Of a stretch of 64,000 nt of DNA, positions 51,912 to 60,575 are shown piece after piece. The DNA lies in contig JAUSGE010000020.1 of assembly GCA_030649205.1 (NCBI GenBank), positions 850 through 64,849 of the forward strand, in the 5' to 3' direction. This DNA is from a bacterium. GTDB lineage: Bacteria; Patescibacteriota; Patescibacteriia; Patescibacteriales; GWC2-42-12. The notes beneath the pieces are model-generated. The model did no database searches and had not been told where the DNA came from. It saw nothing but the letters and a program-made list of their open reading frames with translations. The position numbers were made by a program, and so were the translations under genes. The stretch's first letter is position 1, and the number at the start of each line of letters is the position of its first letter.

Positions 51912-51950
51912 TCACCAGCCGGCAATCCGCTTGCTGGTGATTTTAATTTT
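51912..51950 (+). terminator. Rho-independent terminator of the prkA operon
   Basis: tcaccagc-cggcaatccgctt-gctggtga followed by TTTTAATTTT. Confidence 0.75.
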
Positions 51951-51955
51951 ACAGC

Positions 51956-52097
51956 GGCCGCGATAAAAAGCTTACTTTGAGCGCATACGAAATTGTAATA
52001 ATTTTTCTTAAAATTATTCAAGTCTTCCTTTTTGAATAATTTTAAGAAAAATACACAGATTTCGTCCTAAGCGAAAAATAAGCTTTTTATCGCGGCC
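51956..52097. repeat. Long foldback element, family 9, copy 3
   Basis: 19-bp perfect outer stem ggccgcgataaaaagctta/taagctttttatcgcggcc. The core is near-identical to 41542..41680 and in the same orientation. Confidence 0.9.
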
Positions 52098-52104
52098 AAA
52101 CCTC

Positions 52105-54225
52105 CTATTTTCCTCCGGCCAAAGTTTGCCAATCTTTATTGGCCAGCCCCACTCCCAAACCACGCATCAAGTTAAAGGCGTCGGCCGGCCGGGACAGAAA
52201 ATATCTTTGGCCGTCAGCCGGGTTAATATACCAGGCCTCTCCCCGACCTTGCGCTTGCAAAAAAATTCTGCCTTTCTGCGCGGCCGAAAATTTAAGATCA
52301 TGATTTATTCTCGCGCCTTTAACCAGAGGCGAATGGCCGGAGGCCAGCTCTTCTTTGTCTTTATAGCCGTCGCCGTCCGTGTCGGTTTTACTTTTGTCCG
52401 TGCCGATGGCGTCCTCAAAAGCATCGGGCAGGCCGTCATGATCAGCGTCAGCCCCGCTTAAGATCTCCAGGCCAAGCGGAATTTTGGCCAGATCAGCGTT
52501 GCTCGCGCCAATACCCTGCTCTCTGATAACCTGAAAAGCATCGGCCGGCCGGCCCAAATAATAGATTTTTTTCTCTTTAGGGCTAGCGTAATATGCTTGG
52601 CCTAAATCTTCAACTTTTAAAAAAATTTTGCCTTTCAATTTATTATATAAGCCGTCATCAACCGCCGCCAAGCTCGCGGCCGCGATTGCCTTACCGGCCG
52701 TCACCGCCGCCGCGGCCGTGCCAGTGGCAACGGCAGCCGGTTCAGCTTTAATCTCCGAGCCGGCCTGCTTGGCTATCAGGAAAGTATTATCCAGGGGCAT
52801 GGTAAAACTGCTGATAACTTCCGTCTTTACTACCGTGCCATTCTGGGCGGTAATGGAATAATCATAATTTTCTCCGGCTATTAAATTATTTAAAGTTACC
52901 GCGTGCTCCAGCGCGCTGTTGGCGGCTTCAGCCTTATTGTCGTTCACATTATTATGCGCCAAATTATAATTAACCCGCCCCGCGGTTTTAACATCGGTTG
53001 TCCAGCTGATAATGGCCGCGGTGGAACTGGCAAAGCTGACAGATTTGGTTAAAACGGAAAAACTGTCCGCGTCGGCTAAACTGTTATACACTGTAACCGG
53101 CGTTGTCGTAGCGTTATTGCCGTAATCAGCTTCAATTAACTGCCGGCTTTTATTAATTAAAAAATCCAGGTTAAAATTGCCCGGCCGGCTGAACACGCCA
53201 TGGAATTTATAAGAAAAAAAGTCGCCCGGATTAAAGGGCGAGGCCATAACGGGCAAACTGCCGGCCGCCGGAGAATTTACGTCATAATCAAAGTGCGGCA
53301 AATTATAGCTGAATTCCGCCTTGGCCAAGCCGGTTCCGTCGGTTAATGATGCCCGGCCGGCATTTTTAACATTCACCGTAATATCCAGAGGTTCGCCTAG
53401 GATAATTTTGCCGGAGCTCAAGCTGACCGAATCAACGGCCAGATCAGCGTCAGCCGGATTATATACCGTGATTTTAAGATTTTGCGAATTGTTGGTTGAA
53501 TCACTTTCTTTTAAGACATCATCCGGATCCACGGTAAAGCTTAGTTGCTTTTCACCCGCGGCCGTGAACTTGCCCTCATAGCCATAATATAGATAGCCGC
53601 CGGAATCTATCACCTTGGCCAGGCTGGGCGAGGTGCTGGAAGCGTTAGCCACGGAAAAATCCGGAAAGCTTTTAACCAGGCTCAAACCGGCTTCAGTATA
53701 TAATTTATACGAACTGTTATTTTTTACTTTAATCTGGATGTAGCAATTTTGCTTGGCCATGGGTTTAGCCGGCAGAATAGTCAGGCTTTCAACCGCTAAG
53801 TCATAGCCGGTAACGCCCACCTCCAGGCTGACTGAATTGTTGCCAACATCGCTTTCCGACAGATAGCCGGCCGCGTCAACGGAAAAATTTACGGTATGGA
53901 CGCCCAATTGGGAAAAAACCCCGTAAAAAGCGTAAGTCGCGTAGTCATTGGTTTTTATGGTCGTGCCCCGAGCCGGCGACAAACTTGCCGGCGAGTCCAA
54001 TTTAAAATCATTGGCGGCCGCCTTATAATTCAATGGAAAATCCATTTTAAATTCACTGCCCAAATTTTTCACTCTGGCGGCAAAGGGACAGAGCTGATTA
54101 ACTTCGCATTTAGCCGAATTCATGACCAGCGATTCAGCCTTTAAATCATAATTTTCAGCCCTGATCGGGCCGGCAAAAACGATAGCGGCCGAACAAACAA
54201 AAATAAAAACACAAGCTTTTTTCAT
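52105..54225 (-). CDS. Secreted multi-domain surface protein (CARDB-like repeats, FN3-like domain, Asp-rich calcium-binding repeats, two C-terminal repeat modules)
   Basis: Signal peptide MKKACVFIFVCSAAIVFA. Repeated DLAVES/DSV...KNxG segments, DADHDGLPD..DTDGDGYKD, and duplicated G.IFL...G.A.Y..P......Y.L.RPADAF modules. Confidence 0.7.
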   Translation of the reverse strand: MKKACVFIFVCSAAIVFAGPIRAENYDLKAESLVMNSAKCEVNQLCPFAARVKNLGSEFKMDFPLNYKAAANDFKLDSPASLSPARGTTIKTNDYATYAFYGVFSQLGVHTVNFSVDAAGYLSESDVGNNSVSLEVGVTGYDLAVESLTILPAKPMAKQNCYIQIKVKNNSSYKLYTEAGLSLVKSFPDFSVANASSTSPSLAKVIDSGGYLYYGYEGKFTAAGEKQLSFTVDPDDVLKESDSTNNSQNLKITVYNPADADLAVDSVSLSSGKIILGEPLDITVNVKNAGRASLTDGTGLAKAEFSYNLPHFDYDVNSPAAGSLPVMASPFNPGDFFSYKFHGVFSRPGNFNLDFLINKSRQLIEADYGNNATTTPVTVYNSLADADSFSVLTKSVSFASSTAAIISWTTDVKTAGRVNYNLAHNNVNDNKAEAANSALEHAVTLNNLIAGENYDYSITAQNGTVVKTEVISSFTMPLDNTFLIAKQAGSEIKAEPAAVATGTAAAAVTAGKAIAAASLAAVDDGLYNKLKGKIFLKVEDLGQAYYASPKEKKIYYLGRPADAFQVIREQGIGASNADLAKIPLGLEILSGADADHDGLPDAFEDAIGTDKSKTDTDGDGYKDKEELASGHSPLVKGARINHDLKFSAAQKGRIFLQAQGRGEAWYINPADGQRYFLSRPADAFNLMRGLGVGLANKDWQTLAGGK

Positions 54226-54227
54226 AA

Positions 54228-55757
54228 TTATATTTTACCATTTATCTCCGGCTTTAACAATTTAGACCGCCGCAATTTTATAACTGAATAAATAATTACC
54301 GCGTAATAAACAACCGCCCAGCCCGGCCATAAATAATCAACTTCCAGATAGCTAAATGGCAGGGCGGCCAAATATTTTACCGCGGCTAAAATATATTTGG
54401 TTAAAATTAAGCTGGGCAGAAAAAAGATGAATGACAATCCGGGAATGGCCCAGCTTAACGGTATGGCGATTAAAATTAAAACCGTTAAAATCGGCAAGGT
54501 CCACAAAACCGCCAGGTTGGCCAGCGGCGCGATTAAGGAAATTTGAGAAAAATTATACGCCAGTATGGGCAGAGTAAAAGCCTGCGCGGCTAAGGTAATC
54601 AGCAAGCCGTCGCTCGCCCCTTTCAGCTTGGGCAATTTTATTTTTTGCCACAGCGCTTCCAGAATGGGATAAACGTAAACCAAGCCGGCCAGAGCTAAAA
54701 ATGATAGTTGAAAGCCAACGTCATCGCGCAGCAGCCTGGGATTAGCCAGCAATAGTAGAGCCGCGGCCAAAACCAGCGAATTGGTAATTTTATTAAGCCG
54801 CCCCAGCTTTAAGGCCCAGAGCACTAAAAAACCCATTAACCCGGCGCGCATGGCCGAAGCCGGCATACCGACCAGCACGATGTAGCCGGCGAGCATGGCC
54901 GCGGCCGCGTAAAAGGCGTAACGCCGGCTAATGCCCGCGCCAAGCAGTACTGCTAGAACCACGGCCGCAATAATACTGACGTTAAAGCCGGATACCGCCA
55001 TAATATGAGTCAGGCCGGTTTTTTGGAAATTTTGCTTAATAGACGGCTCAACGCCCCGCTGGCCGCCGAATACAATGGGCCGCGCCAGGCTAGACTCCGG
55101 CTCGCTCATGCCGGCGTCAATTATTCCGGCAATTTTTCCTTTAAGCGCGAAAATTTTAGCGTAAAAAATACGGCCGCGATTTTTTCCGATGATTTTAATT
55201 TTGGGATAATAGCAGGTTGAATAAATATTATATCTTGCCAAATAGCGATCATAAGCAAAACCTTGATATTGCTCCGGCTGTTTAAGCTCGCATTCCAGCT
55301 CCAGTTCGTCGCCATAATTATATTCCGGATACAAATCGGCAGTGGCCAAAATTTTTCCACTAACCGGAATTGAACCTCCGGCCGAGAGGTTCAGCCACTC
55401 GGCCGCGATTTCCAATTTCTGATTGGTTTCCCTAATGTCAGACTCACCAGCCGCGTAGCCGCGCACAGCCGCGGTTCTGCCGTTATAGCGCCAAATTTTA
55501 TCCGGCGCATCGGCCGGCAAGCTGGCGCCGTAGCGCCACAGAGCCAGCCAAAAAACAGCCGCCAGCAAAAAAATTTTATTCGGCCAAAACCAAACCGCCA
55601 AGGCCAAAAAAAATACGGCGGCGCCAAACCACCATACATCATTATGCAAAATTTTAAGCGGCAGAAACGATGCCAAACCAATGCCTGAAATAAAAATCAA
55701 ACAGGCAGTTAAAAAAATTCTGCTATTAGAGCGATAATAATCTTTAATTAACATCAA
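54228..55757 (-). CDS. comEC: ComEC/Rec2 competence channel, N-terminal and membrane portion only (no MBL domain)
   Basis: Polytopic membrane protein with a GLTHIMAVSGFNVSI motif (competence domain) preceded by a DUF4131-like region. It ends after the last TM cluster. Confidence 0.8.
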   Translation of the reverse strand: MMLIKDYYRSNSRIFLTACLIFISGIGLASFLPLKILHNDVWWFGAAVFFLALAVWFWPNKIFLLAAVFWLALWRYGASLPADAPDKIWRYNGRTAAVRGYAAGESDIRETNQKLEIAAEWLNLSAGGSIPVSGKILATADLYPEYNYGDELELECELKQPEQYQGFAYDRYLARYNIYSTCYYPKIKIIGKNRGRIFYAKIFALKGKIAGIIDAGMSEPESSLARPIVFGGQRGVEPSIKQNFQKTGLTHIMAVSGFNVSIIAAVVLAVLLGAGISRRYAFYAAAAMLAGYIVLVGMPASAMRAGLMGFLVLWALKLGRLNKITNSLVLAAALLLLANPRLLRDDVGFQLSFLALAGLVYVYPILEALWQKIKLPKLKGASDGLLITLAAQAFTLPILAYNFSQISLIAPLANLAVLWTLPILTVLILIAIPLSWAIPGLSFIFFLPSLILTKYILAAVKYLAALPFSYLEVDYLWPGWAVVYYAVIIYSVIKLRRSKLLKPEINGKI

Positions 55758-56157
55758 TTGCCGCTCGCGCTTCGGCCAGGCCCAATTTATTTTTTACTTT
55801 TTTAATAATATCTTCGGTTTTCCAGTCGCTTTTTACCAAATAATCATAAGCGCCCTTTTCCGCGGCTTTAGCCACTTTATCCATGTCGCTGAAATTGGTT
55901 AGCAGTATAACCTCGGCCCGCCCGCCCCAGTCATCCTGCCTTAATTTATCAAGCATTTCCAAGCCGTCCATTACCGGCATCTGAATGTCCAGCAAAATTA
56001 TATCCGGATGCTCTTTTAAAGCCAGCTCCAGCCCGCTGGCGCCATTGGCGGCGCTGAAAACCGTAAAACCTTCAATAGTAAAACTATCCGCCATCACGCT
56101 TAATAGCGCTTCATCATCTTCCACGACTAAAACTTTTTTGTTGTTAGCTTCGGCCAT
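55744..56157 (-). CDS. Single-domain response regulator (receiver only)
   Basis: VLVVEDDE, DIILLDIQMPVMDG and YDYLVKS. Confidence 0.9.
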   Translation of the reverse strand: MAEANNKKVLVVEDDEALLSVMADSFTIEGFTVFSAANGASGLELALKEHPDIILLDIQMPVMDGLEMLDKLRQDDWGGRAEVILLTNFSDMDKVAKAAEKGAYDYLVKSDWKTEDIIKKVKNKLGLAEARAAIDVN

Positions 56158-56158
56158 A

Positions 56159-57919
56159 TTATTTATTATTTAAATTATTTAGCTTCAGGGGAATGGTAAA
56201 ATAAAAAGTGCTGCCCAAGCCTTCCTTGGATTCAACTCCGATCATGCCCTGGTGCGCTTCAACGATGCCGCGCGCGATCACTAAGCCCAGGCCGGTGCCG
56301 GGAATTATATTTTTAGAATCGGTTTGCTTTAACTGCTTGAATTTGCTAAACAGCTCTTTTTGATTTTCCTCGGAGATGCCGATGCCGGAATCGGTCACCG
56401 CGACCGCCAGGCTATCGCCGGCGGCCGACAATTTAGCGGCTTGTTCCTTCAGGTTTAAAATAATACCGGCTCTTTTAGCTTCTTCAGTTATATCTTTGCC
56501 TTTAGCGTGTAAAATCGCCTGCAGATTGACCAAGCCATCCGGCTTTGAATATTTTAAGGAATTGGCCAGCAAATTATTCAATACTTGCGAAATTCGCTTG
56601 ACGTCAAACTTAACGTTAGCCGGCAAATTTTTATCAAAATTGGCGTAAATTTTTATCTTGGCTTTGGCCGCGGATGTTTCAAAAAAGCTTACTCGGTCCA
56701 AGATAACATTTTTTATGTCCGCCGGCTCCGGATTAATTTCAAATTTTTCCGATTCAATCTTGGCCGCGTCCAAAAGATTGTTGACTAAGTCAAGCATGGA
56801 CGACGAATCCCGATAAATCATCTTTAAATAATTGTCTTTTTTATCCTTGCTGACTTTGCCGGTGCTGATTAATTCAATTATTTTTTTCGTGGCATCCAGC
56901 GGGGTTCGCAGTTCATGGACAATCATGGAAGTAAAATCAGCCCGCATTTTTTCAACCTCCTTTTCCCGCGTAATGTCATGAAGAATTACCACCCCGCCTA
57001 AAATTTCCTTCTGGTTCATGCCCAGCGAGCTCTTAACCGGCGCGACAGTAATCTGATAAAAACGATCTCTGATCAATATATTCGGCGATAATAAAATTTT
57101 ATCCAGTTTGACGCTTTCTTCAAGCTTGCCCCTGATGTCAAACTTGCCCTCAAGGTTGTCAATAAAATCAAAAATCGTTGGTTCGTCTTTTTTCTCCAGC
57201 GCCAGGGCCTGCTTAGCCGCCGGATTAGCCACCATCACCCGATAATTGCCATCGGTCATGATTACTCCTTCGGTTATGCTTGCCACCATGGCGTTTAATT
57301 TTTTTTCTTCAATGCGCACCACCTCTTCCAGCCTGGTAACCGCCTGCGACGCTTGCCTGACTATTTTATAAAGAATGGTCATTTCCTCCTCTTTGTATAG
57401 GCCGATCTTTGTATGGGCAATGGTTAAGACGCCAACCACTTTATCGGCGATCACCAAAGGAATGTTAAAAAACGACCTGACCGGCTCCGCCAGCTCTTCA
57501 ACTAAAATCGCGCCGGATAAAATTTCCTCAATTCTCATTTTTTTAAAATCTTGGCTTAACAGCGCGGAAATTGATTTTATCATCCGATCCTTGATGTCAT
57601 CAATGAATTTGCGCGATACTGATTTTTCCAGATGAACCTTAAAAATAATTTTTTCCGGCTCTAAAAACATGTAGGAGGTCGCGCTATATTCAATAAATTG
57701 ATGCAAGGATCCGGTAATAATGTCAATGATATTCTGTACGTTCAGCGAATAGCCGACCCGGTCGCCCAATTCTTTTAAGATGGCCAATTCATACATGCGC
57801 CGGCGCGTTTCCTCTTCCCGTTTTTCCAGATCAATCTTAAACTGGCGGCTTTTCCATTGCGAAAAAAGCCCAATTAATAAAGCCAGCGCCGCCACGATAG
57901 TTATCGCTAAATTCTGCAT
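56159..57919 (-). CDS. Sensor histidine kinase (TM anchor, GAF-like, PAS, HisKA, HATPase)
   Basis: H-box HELRTPL, N-box NLLANSLKYS, and G-boxes DSGIGI and GTGLGL. Confidence 0.9.
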   Translation of the reverse strand: MQNLAITIVAALALLIGLFSQWKSRQFKIDLEKREEETRRRMYELAILKELGDRVGYSLNVQNIIDIITGSLHQFIEYSATSYMFLEPEKIIFKVHLEKSVSRKFIDDIKDRMIKSISALLSQDFKKMRIEEILSGAILVEELAEPVRSFFNIPLVIADKVVGVLTIAHTKIGLYKEEEMTILYKIVRQASQAVTRLEEVVRIEEKKLNAMVASITEGVIMTDGNYRVMVANPAAKQALALEKKDEPTIFDFIDNLEGKFDIRGKLEESVKLDKILLSPNILIRDRFYQITVAPVKSSLGMNQKEILGGVVILHDITREKEVEKMRADFTSMIVHELRTPLDATKKIIELISTGKVSKDKKDNYLKMIYRDSSSMLDLVNNLLDAAKIESEKFEINPEPADIKNVILDRVSFFETSAAKAKIKIYANFDKNLPANVKFDVKRISQVLNNLLANSLKYSKPDGLVNLQAILHAKGKDITEEAKRAGIILNLKEQAAKLSAAGDSLAVAVTDSGIGISEENQKELFSKFKQLKQTDSKNIIPGTGLGLVIARGIVEAHQGMIGVESKEGLGSTFYFTIPLKLNNLNNK

Positions 57920-57930
57920 GCTGTTCGCTG

Positions 57931-58260
57931 TTATTTTTGCCCGCTGATTTTCTTAGCCTCTTGGCCGGCCGCGATTAAAACTCTAAGCGACCAAACGAAG
58001 ACCGCGAACCAAGCTAAAAATACAGGCAAAACCAAATAAACCGACTTGGAGTCGCTGAACATGTAAGCGGTAGAAACTATGCCCAGGCTGTACATTTCAA
58101 CCAGCATGGTATAAACCAAAACCATAGCTATTTTACCCACCAGCGATCCTTTTACCAGTTTATACACCGCCCTGCCCCGAACAAAAAGTAAAATACTGCC
58201 GCCGATTAAAATCGGCCAGCCGATAATTAAAATCAAACTTCTTATTAAAGTTAAAGGCAT
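57931..58260 (-). CDS. Small membrane protein (3 predicted helices)
   Basis: Hydrophobic 109-aa ORF, tightly packed upstream of the kinase. Confidence 0.55.
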   Translation of the reverse strand: MPLTLIRSLILIIGWPILIGGSILLFVRGRAVYKLVKGSLVGKIAMVLVYTMLVEMYSLGIVSTAYMFSDSKSVYLVLPVFLAWFAVFVWSLRVLIAAGQEAKKISGQK

Positions 58261-58264
58261 AATT

Positions 58265-58708
58265 TTATTTTCCCATCAGTTTTTTAAGCAAAAATTTTCT
58301 GGTTTTATAGACTGTTATCAATAAAACCAAGCCAAACAATAATTCAATAATTTCCGCGAAACCGCCCAAATGGACCAATTTATAGCCGCTAAGCGCTCCA
58401 TGAACTTCAAGCAAGGCAAAAAGTCCGGAAGCAATCGCGATCATATTCCAAGTCTTTTCCAATTCTCCGCCTTGAGAAAGCGCGGCCAATTTTATAGCGA
58501 ATACTGCCGCCAGCACCGCTATGAGCATAATCACTAATTCAAGAATATTTTCTAAACTTTCGGGAATCAAAGTTACGTCATAAACAAATTTCTTAGCTTC
58601 TTCCGCCGCCAAGGCAATAGCCGGAATTAATAACAAGGAAAAAAATATAAAAATTTTTTTAGCATAGTCACTCCTTTTTAATAAATTAAAACTTATATTG
58701 TTAGACAT
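58265..58708 (-). CDS. Small membrane protein (4 predicted helices)
   Basis: 147-aa hydrophobic ORF that overlaps the upstream gene by 8 nt. Confidence 0.55.
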   Translation of the reverse strand: MSNNISFNLLKRSDYAKKIFIFFSLLLIPAIALAAEEAKKFVYDVTLIPESLENILELVIMLIAVLAAVFAIKLAALSQGGELEKTWNMIAIASGLFALLEVHGALSGYKLVHLGGFAEIIELLFGLVLLITVYKTRKFLLKKLMGK

Positions 58709-58967
58709 TCTTTATTCCCGGGTACTTTTCAAAAATAGACCCCAGCGCGTTTTTTACAATCATGCCCGAAAGCTCAACGTAAGTATTGACCAATTCTTGC
58801 AGCACGGTTTTGGGATCGCCCTTGATATCAATTACCTTGCCGTCGTCGCTGACTTCCAAGCCGCCGACGCTGCGGGCTTTCAAAATGGCAATATCCGGAC
58901 CGAGAATTACCGCTTGTTTGGCGATAATTTCCGAGGTTAAAGCCATGTATTGCGTTTTTTCTTCCAT
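58701..58967 (-). CDS. Hypothetical soluble protein, 88 aa, first gene of the sensor operon
   Basis: Open frame with an 8-nt overlap to the next gene. No family recognised. Confidence 0.5.
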   Translation of the reverse strand: MEEKTQYMALTSEIIAKQAVILGPDIAILKARSVGGLEVSDDGKVIDIKGDPKTVLQELVNTYVELSGMIVKNALGSIFEKYPGIKNV

Positions 58968-59142
58968 AATAATTTTTTAATTTTAATAAATTAATGCTGC
59001 CAATTAAAATATTTCGACCTTTGACGATACTTATTGTATTTTAGCATATTTTAATTTGTTGGTAAATAAAAAAGGGCCGGATTATTCATCCGCCCTTATT
59101 TTTCATCATTAAAGCATTAACCGCCCAGCCGCCGCGAAGCGC

Positions 59143-59544
59143 TTATTCCGTGGTTTTTCCGTCAAAATGCTCATCATCGGCTTCGGCTTCTTCCTTGGTC
59201 GCGTGCGCCACGCCAGCGCGGTGGTTAGCCGGAGAATAAATGGTGTAGAGTTTTAACGGTTCGCTGGAGGACAAATTAATAACATTATGCTGGGCCCCGG
59301 CCGGCACGACCACGGCCGAACCGTCGGCCACCTCGGACTCCGCGCCGTTAATCACCACTTTGCCCCGGCCGGCTTCAAAGCGGAAAAATTGATCCACGGT
59401 GTCATGCACCTCCTCGCCGATTTCCTCGCCCGGCTTTAGGGCCATTAATACCAGCTGGCTGTAAGCCCCGGTGTAGAGTACGCGCCGAAAATTATCATTG
59501 TCCTTGGCCGCCTCTTCAATGTTGATAAGATAACCTTTTTTCAT
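59143..59544 (-). CDS. Cupin-domain protein
   Basis: GEEIGEEVH...VVVPAGAQHNVIN two-motif cupin pattern. Confidence 0.8.
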   Translation of the reverse strand: MKKGYLINIEEAAKDNDNFRRVLYTGAYSQLVLMALKPGEEIGEEVHDTVDQFFRFEAGRGKVVINGAESEVADGSAVVVPAGAQHNVINLSSSEPLKLYTIYSPANHRAGVAHATKEEAEADDEHFDGKTTE

Positions 59545-59602
59545 AAAAGTTATTTAATAATTATATTATAAGCCTACCTAAGCGAGATTAAGTTTTTATT
59601 AA

Positions 59603-60271
59603 TTATTTATACACCTGGTGGAATTTACGAAACATAAAACCTACCACAAGCAGCAGGCCAAGGCCCAGTAAAAAATACTTGCCGACCTTGCCGTTAAACC
59701 ACTGCCAAACCGGCTTATCATAAAATTTCATTTTCAACTGCGGCACGGCGATTAAAGCCTTGCCGATTTCCGCGGCCGGAAATTCTTCTTTATCGCCAAT
59801 CACCAAAACATATTTGCCCGTATTATCCGGACTGGATACTTTAATCAGATAATAGCCGGCCTCGGCCGGCCTTTTTAACTCCGGACCTTGCCAATAATCG
59901 TCGCCGGCGAATTCTTCATGGAAATTTTCCCAAGGCGCGGAAGCCGGATCAAGTTTGGCAAAACCGGCAGCCTTAACGCCCAGCTCGGGGGCGTAATCCA
60001 CGGTTACGGTTTTGTCTTTTTTAATCTCCGGCAAATCCGGAACTAAAATCCGCAGATACAAAGCCTGTTCTTGCTTTAAGTCAATCAAATAATGGGCGCT
60101 ATCGCCCTTCAGCTCGCCGTAAAACGCCTGCGAAATCGCCGGATTTTTTATCAGCACCAGCTGGCTGTCCGGCACATAGCGCGGCTGGTGCGCGCCGGCG
60201 GATTTAGCCGCGGCGAAACTAAGTGCCGCCAATATGAGTGCCAATAAAAAGTAATTTTTAGGATTAATCAT
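59603..60271 (-). CDS. Hypothetical exported protein with a C-terminal membrane anchor
   Basis: Signal-like N-terminus (FLLALILAALSFAAAKSAGA) and a C-terminal helix (YFLLGLGLLLVVGFMF). Confidence 0.5.
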   Translation of the reverse strand: MINPKNYFLLALILAALSFAAAKSAGAHQPRYVPDSQLVLIKNPAISQAFYGELKGDSAHYLIDLKQEQALYLRILVPDLPEIKKDKTVTVDYAPELGVKAAGFAKLDPASAPWENFHEEFAGDDYWQGPELKRPAEAGYYLIKVSSPDNTGKYVLVIGDKEEFPAAEIGKALIAVPQLKMKFYDKPVWQWFNGKVGKYFLLGLGLLLVVGFMFRKFHQVYK

Positions 60272-60537
60272 GAATTAATCTAATAATAAAGCCATTTCAA
60301 AATCACCCGGGGGTTCGGGGGTTGGAGTTGGCGCCATGGCTTACAGCAGGAAGAACAATCAACTCGATAGCCAATCGGAGACCCCCGAGACTTTTTGCTT
60401 ACTTTTTAGTCATAAAAAGTAAGGCCCGCGGCGGTAGCCGCAAAGCTGTATGTAAAAAAATATTACTAGTATTATATTGTATTCCCCGTAGACTTACACG
60501 ACTTTATTATTACATTTTACATTCTTTCCACTTAAAC

Positions 60538-60564
60538 CTGGATTCCCGCCTGCGCGGGAATGAC
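60538..60564. repeat. Family 1 palindromic repeat (inverted orientation)
   Basis: ctggattcccgcctgcgcgggaatgac. Confidence 0.85.
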
Positions 60565-60575
60565 AAAAATAATTT

